From: an uncultured Nitrososphaerota archaeon
Lineage (GTDB): Archaea > Thermoproteota > Nitrososphaeria > Conexivisphaerales > DTJL01
Assembly: GCA_963842885.1 (NCBI GenBank)
Contig: CAWJIE010000005.1
Location: forward strand, 461,927-525,926
Length of the DNA: 64,000 nt
Direction of reading: 5' to 3'
Position 1 is the first letter of the stretch, and each line of letters starts with the position of its first letter. The notes under the pieces are model-generated. The model was not told where the DNA came from. It worked only from the letters and a program-made list of their open reading frames with translations, and made no database searches. Positions 9,027 to 18,473 of the stretch are shown piece after piece. Made by a program: the position numbers and the translations under genes.

Positions 9027-9458
9027 ATGGCTCGCGCAGTCGACTATAAGCCGAAGCCCATCGACCAAGACTTCCTCAAGAAACCGGAGGAATTCCCTGT
9101 GACCGGCGAGCATGCCGGCCACAAGATCAGGGCCGAAGGCAAGGAAAGGCTGGACAACGAAGGCAAGCCCAATCCGACGCGCCTGGGAATCCACGGCACC
9201 GCCGTTGGCGTAGATTGGGAGGCCTGCGTAGCCGATGGAGCCTGCATGGACGTTTGCCCAGTGAACGTGTTCGAGTGGCTTCTCGCCCCCGGCAAATCGG
9301 GAACGGGCAACGACAAGCTTGTGGAGCAGGGGAGCGACGAGTACAACAAGTACAGAACGGACAAGTGCGACCCCATAAGAGAGGCCGACTGCATCTTCTG
9401 TCACGCGTGCGAGACTGCATGCCCCACTGCAGCCATCAAGATCACCGAAGCGTCGTAA
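9027..9458 (+). CDS. zfx: Zinc-containing dicluster (7Fe-type) ferredoxin
   Basis: GEHAGH and LGIHGT Zn ligands; CVADGACMDVCP and CIFCHACETACP. Confidence 0.88.
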   Translation: MARAVDYKPKPIDQDFLKKPEEFPVTGEHAGHKIRAEGKERLDNEGKPNPTRLGIHGTAVGVDWEACVADGACMDVCPVNVFEWLLAPGKSGTGNDKLVEQGSDEYNKYRTDKCDPIREADCIFCHACETACPTAAIKITEAS

Positions 9459-9566
9459 GCTCGCCGAAATGTCCTCTTCCGTCGGTCGTAGCGTGAGCTT
9501 TTCCCTCTCCGACGTCGCGCCAAAGCTTATAGAACAGGATGCTCGCGCACGGTTCGAGTATAGAAT

Positions 9567-10077
9567 TTGGACGCCCTTGAAGCCGTTCTAAGCCGAATAG
9601 AGGTCAGGGACTTCGCACCCACTCCCGTGCCGCGCGATGTACAAATCAAGGTCCTCGAGGCGGCAAGGATGGCCCCCAGTGCCTACAACAAACAACTGTG
9701 GCACTTCATCCTCATCGACGACAGGAAACTCCTGACCGACTTGGGGAAGATTTCGACCACAGGGCCCTACATCAAGGACGCCGCGTTCGCCGTTGCTGTG
9801 CTCGTCGACAAGACGTATCCGCAGTCTAGCATGGACTCCGATAAGATGCATCCAGGGCATGATGATCGCCGCATGGGGGTTAGGTCTGGGGTAATGCTAT
9901 GTTGGGGGCATCGACAGAGAGAAAGCCAAGGAGATATTGAAGGCGCCAGCGAAGCTTTACGTCGCCTCCATCATCCCGTTCGGATACCCGGCGAAGGCTC
10001 TAGAAGGGAAGAAGAGCAGAAAACCTCTGTCGGAGGTAGCGTCCCTCAACACCTACGGTAACAAGATCCTTCACTAG
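9567..10077 (+). pseudogene. Nitroreductase family protein with a frameshift (~9840) and an in-frame TAA (~9892)
   Basis: SRIEVRDF, APSAYNKQLWHF; continues in another frame as CIQGMMIAAWGLGLG*CYVGG...PFGYP...RKPLSEV. Confidence 0.75.
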
Positions 10078-10438
10078 TCGTTTCAGAACATCCGATAAGC
10101 GTCGCCATGCGGCCAAACCGAGCCCATCTGAGCACTTTTCGGTACGGAATGCGTCCACCGAGGGACCGTTGGGACTGGCGGTGAAGAACTATCCACTCTG
10201 GACGAGCCGGCAGGAATTATCCATTCTAGGAAACCAAGAAGAACCCCGTTCAATAATTTGACTGAGTCAATATCGCACGGATTGTGCTCAACACCCAAAG
10301 AGTCTCCATTACCTGCCAGGGGCTACTGCACGCATGGTTCCCCGCTAAGCCTGAACTCAGGGAAGTTGTCCACTGTGCAACAACACCGCCGGCATCGCCA
10401 ACTGATGTTTTAATACTAGGCGAATCGTCTTTCGACTC

Positions 10439-10969
10439 ATGCCCATCGTCGAATTCCAGCATCGTAAGCCCATCCTGAGCAGAGACTGCTGGGTCGCTCA
10501 TTCCGCGCTGCTGATTGGCGACGTGTCTCTCGCTTCAGGGAGCAGCGTCTGGTTCAACGCGGTCCTTCGCGGGGACAACGCCTCGATAAAGGTCGGCAAC
10601 GACAGCAACATCCAAGAAGGGGTGGTCGTCCATCCTGACCGGAGTGCGGCCTTCATAGGCCAGAGGGTCACTGTCGGCCATCACGCCTCCCTGGAGGGGG
10701 TCTACATCGACGACGAAGTCCTCATAGGGATTGGTGCCCTGGTCCTGGAGGACACAAGGGTGGGGAAAGGCAGCCTTGTCGCCGCCGGAAGCGTGGTTCC
10801 GTCAGGCCTCTCCATTCCGCCAGGTAGCCTCGTGATGGGCAACCCGGCGAGGATTGTCGGTGAGGTGGAGCCGAAACACCTCAAGCTCATCCAGGAAGGC
10901 TGGCATCATTACACCGAGCTTAAGGAGGAATACAGACAGATCCCCTCCTTCGACATCAAGAAGACATAG
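10439..10969 (+). CDS. Gamma carbonic anhydrase family (hexapeptide repeat) protein
   Basis: IGDV...SVWFNAVLRGD...SNIQEG..VH...VTVGH. Confidence 0.92.
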   Translation: MPIVEFQHRKPILSRDCWVAHSALLIGDVSLASGSSVWFNAVLRGDNASIKVGNDSNIQEGVVVHPDRSAAFIGQRVTVGHHASLEGVYIDDEVLIGIGALVLEDTRVGKGSLVAAGSVVPSGLSIPPGSLVMGNPARIVGEVEPKHLKLIQEGWHHYTELKEEYRQIPSFDIKKT

Positions 10970-11040
10970 GCGGTGACGCAATGAGAGCGTCATGCCCCAA
11001 TCGACTTATACCCGCTGACGGTTGCCCCCAGTAGGCTGAA

Positions 11041-13917
11041 TTGAGCACTAAGCGCGGCGTCGAAGGGGTATTCAGGAGCTTCACTCCGGCGATAGTGGAG
11101 CTGCTCATAGAGGGGAACATCCTGAAGCCCACGCCGCCTCAGGTGGAGGCCATCCCCCTGATCTCCTCTGGCAGGAACACTTTGGTCGTCTCCCCAACGG
11201 GATCCGGCAAGACGGAGGCCGCCATCCTCCCCATCCTGGATATAATGGTGAGGGGCTCGGTGCAGTCGAAACGGGGGGTCCTCCTCCTCTTCATCACCCC
11301 GCTGAGGGCTCTCAACCGTGACCTCCTCGACAGGATGACGCGCTGGTGCAAGACCCTCGACATTCGGCTGGCCGTAAGGCACGGAGACACGGAAACCGCG
11401 GAAAGGAGGACGCAGACCATGGCGCCCCCGCACGTCCTCATCACCACGCCGGAGACCCTGGAGGTCCTCCTCGTCGCTAAGGTATTCAGGGAGCACCTTA
11501 GGAGCCTGCGTTGGGTCGTGGTGGACGAAATACACGAGCTCGCCACCGACAAGCGGGGCACGCAGCTGGCCGTCGCCCTGGAGCGCCTAAGAAGGCTCAC
11601 GGATGCGGACTTCCAGCGCATCGGATTGTCCGCCACCGTCGGCGATCCCGAGAAGGTCGCCAACTTCCTTGTGGGCCCAGGTAGGGAATGCTCCGTCGTC
11701 AAGACGCCGGTGGCCAAGCTTTTCAAGTTCGAGGTCCTCTACCCGGAGGCGAGCAAACAGGACTCGGCCATGGCTGACAAGATGATGAGCCACCCGGACG
11801 TGACCGCCAGGCTGAGGACCATGCTGCGCCTCATCGAAGAAGGGCCCCTCCTCATCTTCACCAACACCAGGACCGAAGCTGAAATCCTGACAAGCCGGCT
11901 CAGGCAGTGGAGTCCCCGCATAGCGATAGCCGTCCACCACGGGAGCCTCTCTCGGGCCTCCAGGTCAAAGGCTGAAGAGGACCTGAAGTCGGGCCGATTA
12001 AAGGCCGTTGTATGCACCAGCAGCCTCGAGCTGGGCATTGACGTGGGCCTGTTGAACCTCGTCATCCAATATAACTCTCCGAGACAGGTCGTTCGGCTCA
12101 TACAGCGTGCTGGGCGGAGCGGCCACACTCTGGAGAGGACCAGCAGGTGCGTAGTCATCTGCCAGGACGCCGACGACGCCCTAGAGGCTGCGGTGGTAGG
12201 GAGGAGGGCGAAGGAGGAGCTTCTCGAAGAACCCGTCATCCCCATGCTGTGCAGCGACGTGCTGGTGCAGCAGCTCTCTGGCCTGCTCATCGAATCCGGC
12301 AGGCTGGAGACGAGCGATGCACTTTCCCTATTCAGGAGGAGCTTTCCATTCACCCAGCTGAACGAGCGCGACATCAGGGAGGCCGTCGACTACATGGCGA
12401 TGCTCAAGCCTCGTCTGGCAAGGGCTGCGGGGGATGACATCGCCCGACCTTCGGACAACCGCGGCCTTTTCACGTATTATTTCGACAACCTCACCATGAT
12501 CCCTGAGCACCGGCAGTACCCCGTCATCACCGAAAAGAAGGAGGCGGTGGGGCTCCTCGACGAGGAGTTCGTGTCGGAGCACGGCGAGATAGGGAAGAAG
12601 TTCATCCTCAGGGGGAGCGTCTGGAGGATAAACCAGGTTTACAACTCCAAGGTCTTTGTCGAGGAAGACGACGACCCGATGGGAGCCATCCCGAGCTGGG
12701 TGGGCGAAGAGATACCCGTGCCCACCGAGGTCGCAATGGAGGTCGGGAGCCTCAGGGGCCTGGCCCCGAGAGCCGAGTCGGAGGGGAAGCACCTCTCTGC
12801 GCTCTGCGAGGAGCTGGCCGCCCGGTACCCCATGAGGGAGGAGGGGTTCAAGAGATCCCTCTCCTCCGCCGTCCAGCAGCTGAAGATGGGTCTGGCTCTT
12901 CCGTCAGACTTCACGATCACGGTCGAACAGTGGAAGGAGCTCGTCATCATAGTGACCCACAGGGGGCTCAAGGCGAACAGGACGCTGGGTCGACTGCTTT
13001 CATACAGATGCTCTTCGGTCCTGGGGAAGCCCGTCAGCGTCAACCAGGACGCATACAGGATATTCCTGGAGGGCAAGACGCTCACCTGCGAATCCGTCAA
13101 GGACGCCCTCGGCTATCTGGCAGAGAGCGACCTCGTGTCCTATGTGACCGCCGCCTGCGAAGACACGGGCCTCTTCCGGAGGAGGTTTGTCCACGTCGCT
13201 CGTAAGATGGGCGTCCTCTCGAGAGACGCAGAGCTAACGAGCTCCCTGGTCAAGCAGCTCGTCGAGACCTACAAGGGCTCCCTCCCGTACAGAGAGGCCT
13301 GGAGGACCTTCCTCCAAGAGGACTTGGATTCGAGAGAGACCAGCGCCCTCCTCGCAGGGCTCGCCTCAGGCAGGATCGCCGTCGAGCTGCTGGGCCGGCT
13401 GGCTGAGCCCAGCCCCATCGCCATGATAGGGCTCGAAGAGATGTCCCGCAAGGGCGAGGTGATGGATCCGGCAAAGATGAAGCGGCTCCTCCTCGAGTCG
13501 GCCAGGTCCAGGGTGCTCAACGGAAGGACCATCCTCGTCTGTCCCAACTGTTGGAACTACGTCGAAGAGAAGTACGTCGTCGACCTTCCCGAAAGGATCT
13601 CCTGCCCCCTGTGCAAATCCGACAGGGTGGCATCGTCCTACCGCGAACTTGAAGAGATGCAGGACCTGGCCAGAAAGGTGCGGAGCCGCACGAGCCTCTC
13701 CAGAGGGACGCTGAGACACAAGAAGGAACTGGAGGGAAGCTCGCGCCTAAATTCGACCTTCGGATCCATGGGAGTAAAGGCCCAGGTCTTCAACGTCGCC
13801 CTCGCACGGCTGGCCGAGATGCTCGCCAGGGCCCCAGGGAACGAAGACGACCTCCTCCTCGCTCTGATGGAGGAGGAGAGGAAGACGTACTTGAAGCGCT
13901 TCGTGGGCTCTAGGTAG
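11041..13917 (+). CDS. lhr: Lhr-family SF2 helicase with C-terminal Zn ribbon
   Basis: SPTGSGKT, ITTPETL, DEIH, GLSAT, HHGSLS, SLELGIDVG, QRAGRSGH; CPNC..CPLC. Confidence 0.93.
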   Translation: MSTKRGVEGVFRSFTPAIVELLIEGNILKPTPPQVEAIPLISSGRNTLVVSPTGSGKTEAAILPILDIMVRGSVQSKRGVLLLFITPLRALNRDLLDRMTRWCKTLDIRLAVRHGDTETAERRTQTMAPPHVLITTPETLEVLLVAKVFREHLRSLRWVVVDEIHELATDKRGTQLAVALERLRRLTDADFQRIGLSATVGDPEKVANFLVGPGRECSVVKTPVAKLFKFEVLYPEASKQDSAMADKMMSHPDVTARLRTMLRLIEEGPLLIFTNTRTEAEILTSRLRQWSPRIAIAVHHGSLSRASRSKAEEDLKSGRLKAVVCTSSLELGIDVGLLNLVIQYNSPRQVVRLIQRAGRSGHTLERTSRCVVICQDADDALEAAVVGRRAKEELLEEPVIPMLCSDVLVQQLSGLLIESGRLETSDALSLFRRSFPFTQLNERDIREAVDYMAMLKPRLARAAGDDIARPSDNRGLFTYYFDNLTMIPEHRQYPVITEKKEAVGLLDEEFVSEHGEIGKKFILRGSVWRINQVYNSKVFVEEDDDPMGAIPSWVGEEIPVPTEVAMEVGSLRGLAPRAESEGKHLSALCEELAARYPMREEGFKRSLSSAVQQLKMGLALPSDFTITVEQWKELVIIVTHRGLKANRTLGRLLSYRCSSVLGKPVSVNQDAYRIFLEGKTLTCESVKDALGYLAESDLVSYVTAACEDTGLFRRRFVHVARKMGVLSRDAELTSSLVKQLVETYKGSLPYREAWRTFLQEDLDSRETSALLAGLASGRIAVELLGRLAEPSPIAMIGLEEMSRKGEVMDPAKMKRLLLESARSRVLNGRTILVCPNCWNYVEEKYVVDLPERISCPLCKSDRVASSYRELEEMQDLARKVRSRTSLSRGTLRHKKELEGSSRLNSTFGSMGVKAQVFNVALARLAEMLARAPGNEDDLLLALMEEERKTYLKRFVGSR

Positions 13918-14479
13918 AAGGTTGTGAGGCGTCTATGCGCTTCGAAAGTATGGAGGTGAGGAGCTCGTCCCTGTCTATCTCCACGCGGCTCCTCCACCCG
14001 ACCCGGATGAAGTCGCCATCTTCCTCCAGGTAGCCCAGGCGCACGAGCTTGTTCATGATCTGCTGAACGCGCCACGCTGGAAGCTTCTCCTTGATGGTGT
14101 CCTCAAGGAGGCGCTTGGGGGCCGAGCCCGCACGCACGAAGAGCTGGCTCAAGAGGATGGCCAGGCTCGCCGCCTCCTCCATCCTGAGCCATCCGCCAAG
14201 CTCCCTGTCCTTCAGGGGCGCCTTGGTCACCAGCACGTAGCGGGCCTTGTCCGGATCCTTCTCGTCTTCCTCGTCGGGCACCGCGACGAGCTTCAGGCCG
14301 AATTCCGAGGCCAAAGAGTCCGTCAGCTTGAGGACGTCAAGGTAGCTCCTCCCGAGGAGGCGCTTGAGCTCCCAACCTTTGAGACCAGGCTGGAAGTGGC
14401 GCTGGTAGAGCAGTGTCGTAAGGCCCTTCAGGGCCTTCTCTTTGAGCTCTTGCGTGTCCTTGTTCTGTTCTTGTGTCAC
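13910..14479 (-). CDS. Kite-type tandem winged-helix subunit (ScpB / Nse1-Nse3-MAGE-like)
   Basis: Third gene of the SMC operon; RYVLV, LAILLSQLFV, GYLEE..IRVGWRSRVEI recall Nse1/3 winged-helix motifs; likely GTG at 14479. Confidence 0.6.
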   Translation of the reverse strand: MTQEQNKDTQELKEKALKGLTTLLYQRHFQPGLKGWELKRLLGRSYLDVLKLTDSLASEFGLKLVAVPDEEDEKDPDKARYVLVTKAPLKDRELGGWLRMEEAASLAILLSQLFVRAGSAPKRLLEDTIKEKLPAWRVQQIMNKLVRLGYLEEDGDFIRVGWRSRVEIDRDELLTSILSKRIDASQPST

Positions 14480-14484
14480 CCATC

Positions 14485-15213
14485 TCACCCCAATGAAATC
14501 GCAACGGACCTGTCTACTTTGCCCTCCGCAGGCGTTATGAGATAGTCCGAAGTGGACGGGTCGTAGCGGAGGGCGAACGCTCCCCTCATGCACAGGTGGG
14601 CAAGAGAGTAGGTCTCCTTGAGCTTCTCCGCCCCCTGGAAGCCGCCCGCGAACTCCTTGAAGAGAAGAGGACCTTCGGCAAGCCTCCGGCTGACCCTGAG
14701 GAATGTGGACCGGAGGCACTTTTCAAGCTCCTCGGGGTCCATCCTTATGGATTCATAGGCGGTCCCTTCGTCCGCTGGTCCCAGCGGCCCCAGCCGGCCT
14801 AAAGAACCCCACCCGTAGAGCTGCACCCAGTAATCGGCGGCCTCGAGCAGCCTCGAGGTGGGCATCAGCTTCGCAGCGGCCGGGGGATGGTGCGCCTCCC
14901 CCAATGCCCCCGCTATGTCCGAGACGCTGAGAGACATCAGCTTGGAGATGAGAAGGCCCGGGTCCACCTGGAAGGTCGTCAATTGGAAGGTGAGCCATTC
15001 GTCCTGCAGGCCGACGACCTTGCTGACCGCGTTGATGGCCTGGGCGTCGGCGAGGAGGTCTTGCCTCTCCAGCTCCTTGAGGCCCTTCTTTAGCCTCCTC
15101 AGTATGGGCTTGACCTCCACCATGAAGGGATCTCCTCCCTGGTCCTTGAGGTCCTCAGGGAGCGAAGCCACCCTGAGCCTGTACTCCTTCGCGTCACTCG
15201 ACTTTGCTGACAC
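14485..15213 (-). CDS. Kleisin (ScpA/Nse4-like)
   Basis: DPFMVEV N-terminal kleisin-like motif, C-terminal winged helix (ETYSLAHLCMRG); overlaps the SMC gene. Confidence 0.6.
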   Translation of the reverse strand: MSAKSSDAKEYRLRVASLPEDLKDQGGDPFMVEVKPILRRLKKGLKELERQDLLADAQAINAVSKVVGLQDEWLTFQLTTFQVDPGLLISKLMSLSVSDIAGALGEAHHPPAAAKLMPTSRLLEAADYWVQLYGWGSLGRLGPLGPADEGTAYESIRMDPEELEKCLRSTFLRVSRRLAEGPLLFKEFAGGFQGAEKLKETYSLAHLCMRGAFALRYDPSTSDYLITPAEGKVDRSVAISLG

Positions 15214-17122
15214 CCTTGGCCACCTTGATCTGCGAAGCCGTAGCCACCTTCTGGACCATTATGTAGTGAGCAGACTCGTCATAGAAAGCCGGCGAGCCGG
15301 GCGTTATGACCAGATACTGCACCGACCTGTCCGCCTTGAAATAGTCGTGGATGGCCCTGATGAAAGTCTCGCGGCTGGACGGGTCCATGTGGACGTCGAA
15401 CTCGTCCACGGCCCTGAACGGCGAGATGATGTGCTCTTGGAGGGCGAACAGGAAAGCGGTAACGGCCGAGCTCCGCTCGCCTCCGCTCTGTGTGTACGCG
15501 TCCAGCGGGACCAAGTCCTGTCCCCTGAAGGCCACTTGGAGCTCGAGGCCCGCCCTGAGGGGGTCATCCTCCCCAACTACCCTCACCCTTCCGCTACCGC
15601 CGATCAGGGACAGCATCTTGCCGTAGCTTTCGTTGACCCCGGAGATGAGTTCGTCCAGCTGCTTGCGCCAGACCTTGAACCTCTCGTTGACCTCCTCCAG
15701 GGTGGCCTCCTTGTTCTCCTTCAACTCGTCCAGCTTCCCGGAGAGATCCTGTATCCTGATCTGGAAATCGCGATAAATCTGCTCGGCCTCCTGGGGGATG
15801 TCGCCCAGCTGGACTAGCTGCGCTTCGTCCACCTTGATGGCAAGCTGGATGTCGCCCAGGCTCCTCGTAGAGGTCACTCTGAGGCCAAGGGCTTCCGCGG
15901 CCGACTTCGCCGCCACCAGCTCTTCTTGCGACGAAACCTGCAAACCTTCAAGGGTCTTCAGCTCCCTCTTCTTCTCCTTGAGGCGATAGTCCAAGACAGC
16001 GACCTTCTCTCTTGACACGGCGTATGCCTCTACCTTGGCGGGGAATCCCGAGCTCTCCGCACCCAGCCCTCTTTCGACGGAGGAGATCTCGTCCTCCAGC
16101 GTCTTGACTCTTCCCTGTCCAGAGCTCAACACCTTCTCTACCTCTTCGGCAAGGTCCTTCGAAGCGTCCTGCAGCGCTGCCTTCAAAGAGCCGTAGGACG
16201 AAGAATCATGCTGAATCGTTAGCAGGTCACCTCGCAGCCTGGACAGGCTCCTCTCTCCCTTGAGCAGCGATTCTAGGGCTTCGGTGATGGCCTTGGCTCG
16301 TTCCTGAACGTCTCCCTGCCCTTCCCCCAGCTTCGTCGTCATCTCAGCGATCGTCGATTCGGCCTCCCTGATGCGCTGGGCGATGGAGGTAAGCTTCTCC
16401 TCCTCTCTAGAGACCCTGCACCACACCTCTTCAAGCCTGAACCTGGTGAGCTCTTCGCGTAGACCCTGGATTTTCACACTCTTTTCATAGTTCTCCTGCC
16501 AGCGAGCCAACGTGGTCTTCGCAGTCTCCAGCTCCTTCTTCTTCTCCTCTTCCTCGGTCAGAATGGAATCGAGCCTGCCTTTGGCCTCCAGCAGGCTCGC
16601 CCTGTACGAGGCCAATCCGGCGGCATCCTCGACAAGGGCCAGCTTCTCTTCAGGCCTGACGACACTGAATGTGTCTCCAAGGCCTTGATGCATCATTATG
16701 AGCATGTTGTCCGGGTTGAGGCCGAGCTTGCCCAGCGTTTCGACGACCGCCTGCTTGTCAGCCTCCTTGAAATCGATCTCGAACCAGTATGTGCCATCCT
16801 TCCGGATGTACCTCGAGAGGTGAATCGTGTCGGCCCTGTAAGGGAGGGGCCTTTTGCCATTGACGGGAGAGTTATCAAGGAGAAGCGTAACCCTGGAAAT
16901 GTCCCTGCCTCTCTTGACCAGGTCGCTGAGCTTCCTCGACCTCTCGGTCGAGGCTTGGCCCAAAGCGACAGATATGCCAATCAGAATGCTTGACTTCCCC
17001 GCGCCATTTGGGCCCATGACTACGTTGAGGCCAGGCTTGAGCATGACTCGGCCATAGTCGTAGCTAAGGAAGTTCTCGAGGATGACCTCCTTGATGAATG
17101 CCCGGCCCTCCCCTTTCTCCAA
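15194..17122 (-). CDS. Short SMC-family ATPase (Smc5/6- or ClsN-like), 642 aa
   Basis: LENFLSY, Walker A GPNGAGKS, Q-loop MHQG, coiled coils, signature QSGGERS, Walker B FRAVDEFDVHMD. Confidence 0.88.
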   Translation of the reverse strand: MEKGEGRAFIKEVILENFLSYDYGRVMLKPGLNVVMGPNGAGKSSILIGISVALGQASTERSRKLSDLVKRGRDISRVTLLLDNSPVNGKRPLPYRADTIHLSRYIRKDGTYWFEIDFKEADKQAVVETLGKLGLNPDNMLIMMHQGLGDTFSVVRPEEKLALVEDAAGLASYRASLLEAKGRLDSILTEEEEKKKELETAKTTLARWQENYEKSVKIQGLREELTRFRLEEVWCRVSREEEKLTSIAQRIREAESTIAEMTTKLGEGQGDVQERAKAITEALESLLKGERSLSRLRGDLLTIQHDSSSYGSLKAALQDASKDLAEEVEKVLSSGQGRVKTLEDEISSVERGLGAESSGFPAKVEAYAVSREKVAVLDYRLKEKKRELKTLEGLQVSSQEELVAAKSAAEALGLRVTSTRSLGDIQLAIKVDEAQLVQLGDIPQEAEQIYRDFQIRIQDLSGKLDELKENKEATLEEVNERFKVWRKQLDELISGVNESYGKMLSLIGGSGRVRVVGEDDPLRAGLELQVAFRGQDLVPLDAYTQSGGERSSAVTAFLFALQEHIISPFRAVDEFDVHMDPSSRETFIRAIHDYFKADRSVQYLVITPGSPAFYDESAHYIMVQKVATASQIKVAKGVSKVE

Positions 17123-17204
17123 CGCCGCCTATCCGCTAAGAAGACAGGTAATAAACCGTTTGCCATCCTACTTAGTTGACAACCGCCTAGATGTGGCTGA
17201 CCGA

Positions 17205-17220
17205 CACTAGGAAGCACACA
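17205..17220 (-). repeat. Polar motif TGTGTGCTTCCTAGTG, copy 4 (reverse orientation), upstream of the SMC operon
   Basis: CACTAGGAAGCACACA on the + strand, followed by 30 nt with no G (17221-17250). Confidence 0.9.
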
Positions 17221-17381
17221 CCAAAACAACTCCAAAATTCAACAACAACTATGCGAATGGAACCCAGAGCAAGAGAAGCTAACAGAACTCATGAAGCGGT
17301 AGAAAGAAGCACAAATGCCGACCCTAACCATAAGGCCCCAGTGCCCAAGAAACAAGACGGCCGCCGCACCTGTCGGCTCTC

Positions 17382-18347
17382 TCAACTTGGAGAGTTTTCA
17401 ATCTTTTTCGCGAACGACTCCAACTCATCTGCTGTGGGGCTTCCTCTCGTGTCTCTGTGTGTCGCCTTGAAGCTCCCCGCATAGTTGGCGAGCATCAGGG
17501 AGTCCTCCGGCGAGCGACCCAAGACGATCTGGACGGCGAAGCAGCCAATAAAGGCGTCGCCGCAGCCCACGGTGTTCACCGCTTTCATGCCCAGGGCGGA
17601 GAGGTCCACCCCAGCCACCTCCTCCTCGATGCCGGGTCCCAGCATGATTGCTCCGTTCCTCCCTCTCGTCACCACTAGCTTCAACTCCTCCTGGAAATTG
17701 CTGAGCTCCCGGTATGCGGCCGCTAGCGTCGAAGCCCCGGCCAAGTTCATGACCTCGGCCTCGTTGAGTACAAGGTAGTCTACGTACTTCAGCAGCTTGG
17801 TCACGGCCGCAGCCCCCTTGAGGGTGCGCACGCCGGGCGCCCACAGCCGCGGGATAGGACGCCTCGACGCGGTCCAAAGGAGGGCATGAGTGAAGTCCAA
17901 CGGCGTGTCCATCACTACCAAGAAGCGTATCGTGTTGAGGACCTGTTTGACGCCCGGACTCTCAAGGAGGGTTGGCTTCAGGGAGGCGTTCGCTCCGAAG
18001 TAGGTGTTGATGGCGTTCTGGCCCCCGTCATCTATGAGGATGTATGCTTGGCCGGACTCCACGTTCTTGAGCCTGACCAAGCCTCGCACGTCCACCCGCT
18101 CCTTCTTGAAGATGTCAAGCTGCCAGTCGCCCACGGCGTCCGCACCGAGGGCTCCGATAACGCCGCTGGTGGCTGGCTTCAGTAGCCGCGCCATCGCCAC
18201 CGCGACGTTCGCGGCCTTCCCACCGGGGACGCGGGTTATGCTCTTCACAGGCATCTCCTCCCCGCCCGCGGGGATCCTTTCTAGGAAAAGGTTGACGTCC
18301 GCGTTGATCGCCCCGGCAGCTGCGGCAAGAGGGCCGTAGTCCTTCAA
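17382..18347 (-). CDS. PfkB/ribokinase-family carbohydrate kinase
   Basis: PGGKAANVAVA, LNEAE, VNTVGCGDAF. Confidence 0.9.
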   Translation of the reverse strand: MKDYGPLAAAAGAINADVNLFLERIPAGGEEMPVKSITRVPGGKAANVAVAMARLLKPATSGVIGALGADAVGDWQLDIFKKERVDVRGLVRLKNVESGQAYILIDDGGQNAINTYFGANASLKPTLLESPGVKQVLNTIRFLVVMDTPLDFTHALLWTASRRPIPRLWAPGVRTLKGAAAVTKLLKYVDYLVLNEAEVMNLAGASTLAAAYRELSNFQEELKLVVTRGRNGAIMLGPGIEEEVAGVDLSALGMKAVNTVGCGDAFIGCFAVQIVLGRSPEDSLMLANYAGSFKATHRDTRGSPTADELESFAKKIENSPS

Positions 18348-18473
18348 ACCGTTGTCCTTAGCCTATCGAAACGATTTAAACCATTCTGGCGTGCCGAATC
18401 ATGGGTTCGATGCCCAAATCACAATTCCCCGTCCTTAGGCTGTCTTAGGTCGCAGCTTTGGTGTCCCCCGAGC

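Noticed and set aside
10224-10240. Degenerate motif copy (CTAGGAAAC) in a lower-GC gap; also ACTAGGAAGG at ~22490 and ~26563
   Set aside because: Partial matches only, with no clear oriented depletion tract
14858-15817. Long antisense ORFs (e.g. 14858-15817, 31937-32914, 58464-59390)
   Set aside because: Shadow frames opposite well-supported genes, expected at high GC3
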